A stretch of DNA of 64,000 nucleotides, from positions 2,080,001 through 2,144,000 of the forward strand of contig OZ241863.1 in assembly GCA_965203055.1 (NCBI GenBank). Reading direction: 5' to 3'. Below, piece after piece: positions 61,246-64,000 of this stretch; position 1 is the first letter of the stretch; each line of letters begins with the position of its first letter. Position numbers and translations under genes: made by a program. The notes beneath the pieces are model-generated. The model had not been told where the DNA came from and did not search any database. It was given only the letters and a program-made list of their open reading frames with translations. The stretch is from Spirochaetia bacterium (GTDB taxonomy: Bacteria > Spirochaetota > Spirochaetia > SZUA-6 > Bin103).

Positions 61246-62400
61246 GTGAGCGAGCAGCGTCCGCCGCTTGCGGTGGCCCCGCCGGTGCGGCCGATGTTGG
61301 CCAGGCGCGTGGCCGCGCTGCCGGCGGGAGATCACTGGTCGTTCGAGCCCAAGTGGGACGGCTTTCGCACCCTGGTGTTCCGCAACGGCGCGGAGCTGTT
61401 GTTGCAGAGCCGCGACCTCAAGCCGCTGAACCGCTACTTTCCCGAATTGGTCGAGCCGCTGCTGGCGCAGCTCCCGGAGCGCTGCGTGGTGGACGGCGAA
61501 CTGGTGATCGCCGGCGCCGGCGGGCTGGAGTTCGAGTCGTTGCAGCTGCGCATCCATCCCGCGGCCTCGCGGGTGGCGTTGCTGGCCGCCCGCACGCCGG
61601 CGGCGCTGGTGGCGTGGGACCTGCTGTGCCTGGCGGACCGCGACCTGACCGCAGCGCCGTTCGCCGACCGCCGCGGCCTCCTGGAGCAGGCGCTGAGCGC
61701 GGCCCGGGCGCCGCTGCATCTCACGCCCGTCACCCGCGACCGCAGCCGCGCCGAAGACTGGTTCGAGCGCTTCGAAGGCGCCGGCCTGGACGGCATCATG
61801 GCGAAGGACCGCGCCGCAGCCTACCAGCCGGGCAAGCGCGCCATGCTCAAGGTGAAGCACCGGCGCACCGCGGATTGCGTGGTGGCCGGGCTGCGCTGGC
61901 ACCGCGGGGCGCCGGAGGAACGGGTGGGATCGCTGCTCCTCGGACTGTTCGACGACCGGCGGCGGCTGCATCACGTCGGCGTCGCGGGGAGCTTCAGCAC
62001 CGCCCGCCGGCGCGCCCTGGTCGAGGAGCTGCGCCCCTACCGGGAGGTGGACGAGACCCATCCGTGGCACGCCCGGATCAGCGCCGCAGGCGCCGCGGCC
62101 GCGCCGGCCGGTGCGGAGGCGCCGCAGTCCGCGCCCGGGCTGCGCGTTCCGGGCGGCGCCAGCCGCTGGAGCGGCGGCAAGGACCTGAGCTGGGTGCCGT
62201 TGCGGCCGGAACTGGTGGTCGAGGTGAGCTACGACCACATGCAGGGGACGCGCCTGCGCCACACCGCTCAATTCGTGCGCTGGCGCCCCGACAAGCCTCC
62301 CGCCGAGTGCACCTACGACCAGCTCGAAGTCACCCCGCCCTACGAACTGGCGCGCATCTTCGGCATCTCCGGCATATCCGGCATATCCGGCTCCGCTTGA
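61246..62400 (+). CDS. ligC: ATP-dependent DNA ligase, LigC-like
   Basis: RPMLA, EPKWDGFR, VDGEL, GLDGIMAK, MLKVK, RWRPDK. Confidence 0.9.
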   Translation: MSEQRPPLAVAPPVRPMLARRVAALPAGDHWSFEPKWDGFRTLVFRNGAELLLQSRDLKPLNRYFPELVEPLLAQLPERCVVDGELVIAGAGGLEFESLQLRIHPAASRVALLAARTPAALVAWDLLCLADRDLTAAPFADRRGLLEQALSAARAPLHLTPVTRDRSRAEDWFERFEGAGLDGIMAKDRAAAYQPGKRAMLKVKHRRTADCVVAGLRWHRGAPEERVGSLLLGLFDDRRRLHHVGVAGSFSTARRRALVEELRPYREVDETHPWHARISAAGAAAAPAGAEAPQSAPGLRVPGGASRWSGGKDLSWVPLRPELVVEVSYDHMQGTRLRHTAQFVRWRPDKPPAECTYDQLEVTPPYELARIFGISGISGISGSA

Positions 62401-62420
62401 CCCTCTCCGGCGCGGAGTTG

Positions 62421-62429
62421 TGCTATAGT
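62421..62429 (+). promoter_or_regulatory. Extended -10 element upstream of glnA
   Basis: TGcTATAGT; GAGGAGG RBS before TTG 62507. Confidence 0.45.
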
Positions 62430-62506
62430 GCGGTCGGGTACGGGTTCGGCGGCCGGCCGGAGATGGCGCCGGGCGCACTACTCCCGACCCGCGAGGAGGC
62501 ATTCAT

Positions 62507-63916
62507 TTGGCTGACCAGGAATCGGTATTCAAGCTGATCAAGGACCGGCAGGCGGAGTTCGTGGACCTGCGCTTCACCGACCCGCGGGGGCGCTGGCATC
62601 ACCTGACCATGACCGCGGACATGTTCGACGAGGACGCCTTCGAGGATGGCATCATGTTCGACGGCTCCTCCATCGCCGGGTGGAAGAGTATCGATCAGTC
62701 CGACATGGCGCTGTTCCCGGACCCGGCGAGCGCCGGCCTGGACCCGTTCACCGCGGCGCCGACCGTCTACCTGATCTGCGACGTGCACGAACCCACCACC
62801 GGCGAGCGCTACGCCCGCTGCCCGCGCTCCACCGCCCGCGACGCCGTAGCGCACCTGGAGTTCTCCGGGATTGGCGACACGGCCTACTTCGGGCCGGAAC
62901 CGGAGTTCTTCCTGTTCGACGACGTACGTTTCGGGGTGGACGCCAAGCACACCTTCTACCGCCTGGACGACTTCGAGGGCCCCTACAACAGCGCGCGGCG
63001 ATTCGACGGCGGCAACAAGGGGCACCGCCCGCGCGTCAAGGGAGGCTACTTCCCGCTGCCCCCGGTCGACTCCGCGCAGGACATCCGCAGCGACATGCTC
63101 ACCGCGCTGCGCCACGCCGGCGTGGAGGTGGAGAAGCACCATCACGAAGTGGCGGCCAGTCAGCACGAGATCGGGCTCCTGTTCGCACCGCTGCTGACCA
63201 TGGCCGACCGGATCCAGGTGTACCGCTACGTGGTGCTGAACGTGGCGCAGCGCCACGGCAAGTCGGCTACCTTCATGCCCAAGCCGGTGGTCGGCGACAA
63301 CGGCTCCGGGATGCATACCAACCAGTCGCTGTGGAAGGATGGCGACAGCCTGTTCTCCGGCTCCGGCTACGCCGATCTGTCCGACACCGCGCTGCACTAC
63401 ATCGCCGGCATCATGAAGCATGCGCGCGCGATCAACGCCTTCACCAACCCCACGACCAACAGCTACAAGCGTCTGGTGCCCGGCTTCGAGGCGCCGGTGC
63501 TGCTCGCCTACTCGGCGCGCAACCGCTCCGCCTCCTGCCGCATTCCCCACGCCGCGTCGGCCAAGGCGAAGCGGATCGAGATTCGCTTCCCGGACCCGAT
63601 GGCCAACCCCTACCTGGCGTTTTCCGCCATGCTCATGGCCGGACTCGACGGCATCGAGAACCGGACCGACCCCGGCCCGCCGATGGACAAGGACCTGTAC
63701 GCGCTGCCGCCCGAAGAGCTGAAGGACATCCCTACGGTGGCCCATTCGCTGCGCGACGCCCTGCAGTCGCTGGATGCGGACCACGAATTTCTGACCCGCG
63801 GCGACGTGTTCACCAAGGATCAGATCGACGGCTACATCGAGCTCAAGGAGGAAGAGCTGGTGCGCTTCGAGCAGGCGCCGCATCCGATCGAGTACGACAT
63901 GTACTACTCGCCGTGA
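62507..63916 (+). CDS. glnA: Glutamine synthetase type I
   Basis: [48 protein letters not shown], adenylylation-site region DKDLY. Confidence 0.98.
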   Translation: MADQESVFKLIKDRQAEFVDLRFTDPRGRWHHLTMTADMFDEDAFEDGIMFDGSSIAGWKSIDQSDMALFPDPASAGLDPFTAAPTVYLICDVHEPTTGERYARCPRSTARDAVAHLEFSGIGDTAYFGPEPEFFLFDDVRFGVDAKHTFYRLDDFEGPYNSARRFDGGNKGHRPRVKGGYFPLPPVDSAQDIRSDMLTALRHAGVEVEKHHHEVAASQHEIGLLFAPLLTMADRIQVYRYVVLNVAQRHGKSATFMPKPVVGDNGSGMHTNQSLWKDGDSLFSGSGYADLSDTALHYIAGIMKHARAINAFTNPTTNSYKRLVPGFEAPVLLAYSARNRSASCRIPHAASAKAKRIEIRFPDPMANPYLAFSAMLMAGLDGIENRTDPGPPMDKDLYALPPEELKDIPTVAHSLRDALQSLDADHEFLTRGDVFTKDQIDGYIELKEEELVRFEQAPHPIEYDMYYSP

Positions 63917-64000
63917 CCGCCGCCGGCGCCGGCGGGCGGAACTGAACGCAAGCGCCATGCCCGAGCAGCAGGGGCCGCGCCCGGACGGCGGGCTCGCGTT

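Noticed and set aside
61246..62400. A complete NHEJ system
   Set aside because: Only a LigC-like ligase is present; no Ku or primase-polymerase gene in the window

Overview
High-GC bacterial chromosomal window with no rRNA, tRNA or CRISPR array that I can see. It is mostly transport and catabolism: four ABC importer modules (none with an ATPase gene in the window), four PhyH-like 2-oxoglutarate/Fe dioxygenases, GH127, GH20, an L-fuconate dehydratase cluster, a GMC oxidoreductase, ltaE, leuB, ligC and glnA. The gene mix suggests, by inference only, a Spirochaetaceae-like marine sponge symbiont. There are two defence regions. The first is a type II restriction-modification (RM) pair broken by three 1-nt indels in A-runs (5.7-7.8 kb). 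The second is a type I RM operon (NYN-hsdM-[insert]-hsdS-hsdR-M48 peptidase, 31-42 kb). The ~3 kb hsdM-hsdS gap is the most unusual part of the window. It holds a 1.35-kb islet bounded by a 103-bp duplication of the hsdM 3' end, which carries two self-promoted NHLP (proteusin-type) RiPP precursor cassettes with near-identical leaders and different Trp-containing cores, plus relics of a type IIG-like methyltransferase and of an AAA ATPase. An orphan DUF2442 gene and an Rpn nuclease with a clear internal translation start follow. Separately, the ORF track splits a probable 547-aa UGSC-family selenoprotein (in-frame UGA in a U-S-T-C motif with an E. coli fdhF-like SECIS hairpin), which lies divergent from a VKOR-DsbA fusion. 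Family assignments come from motif recognition, not database searches.
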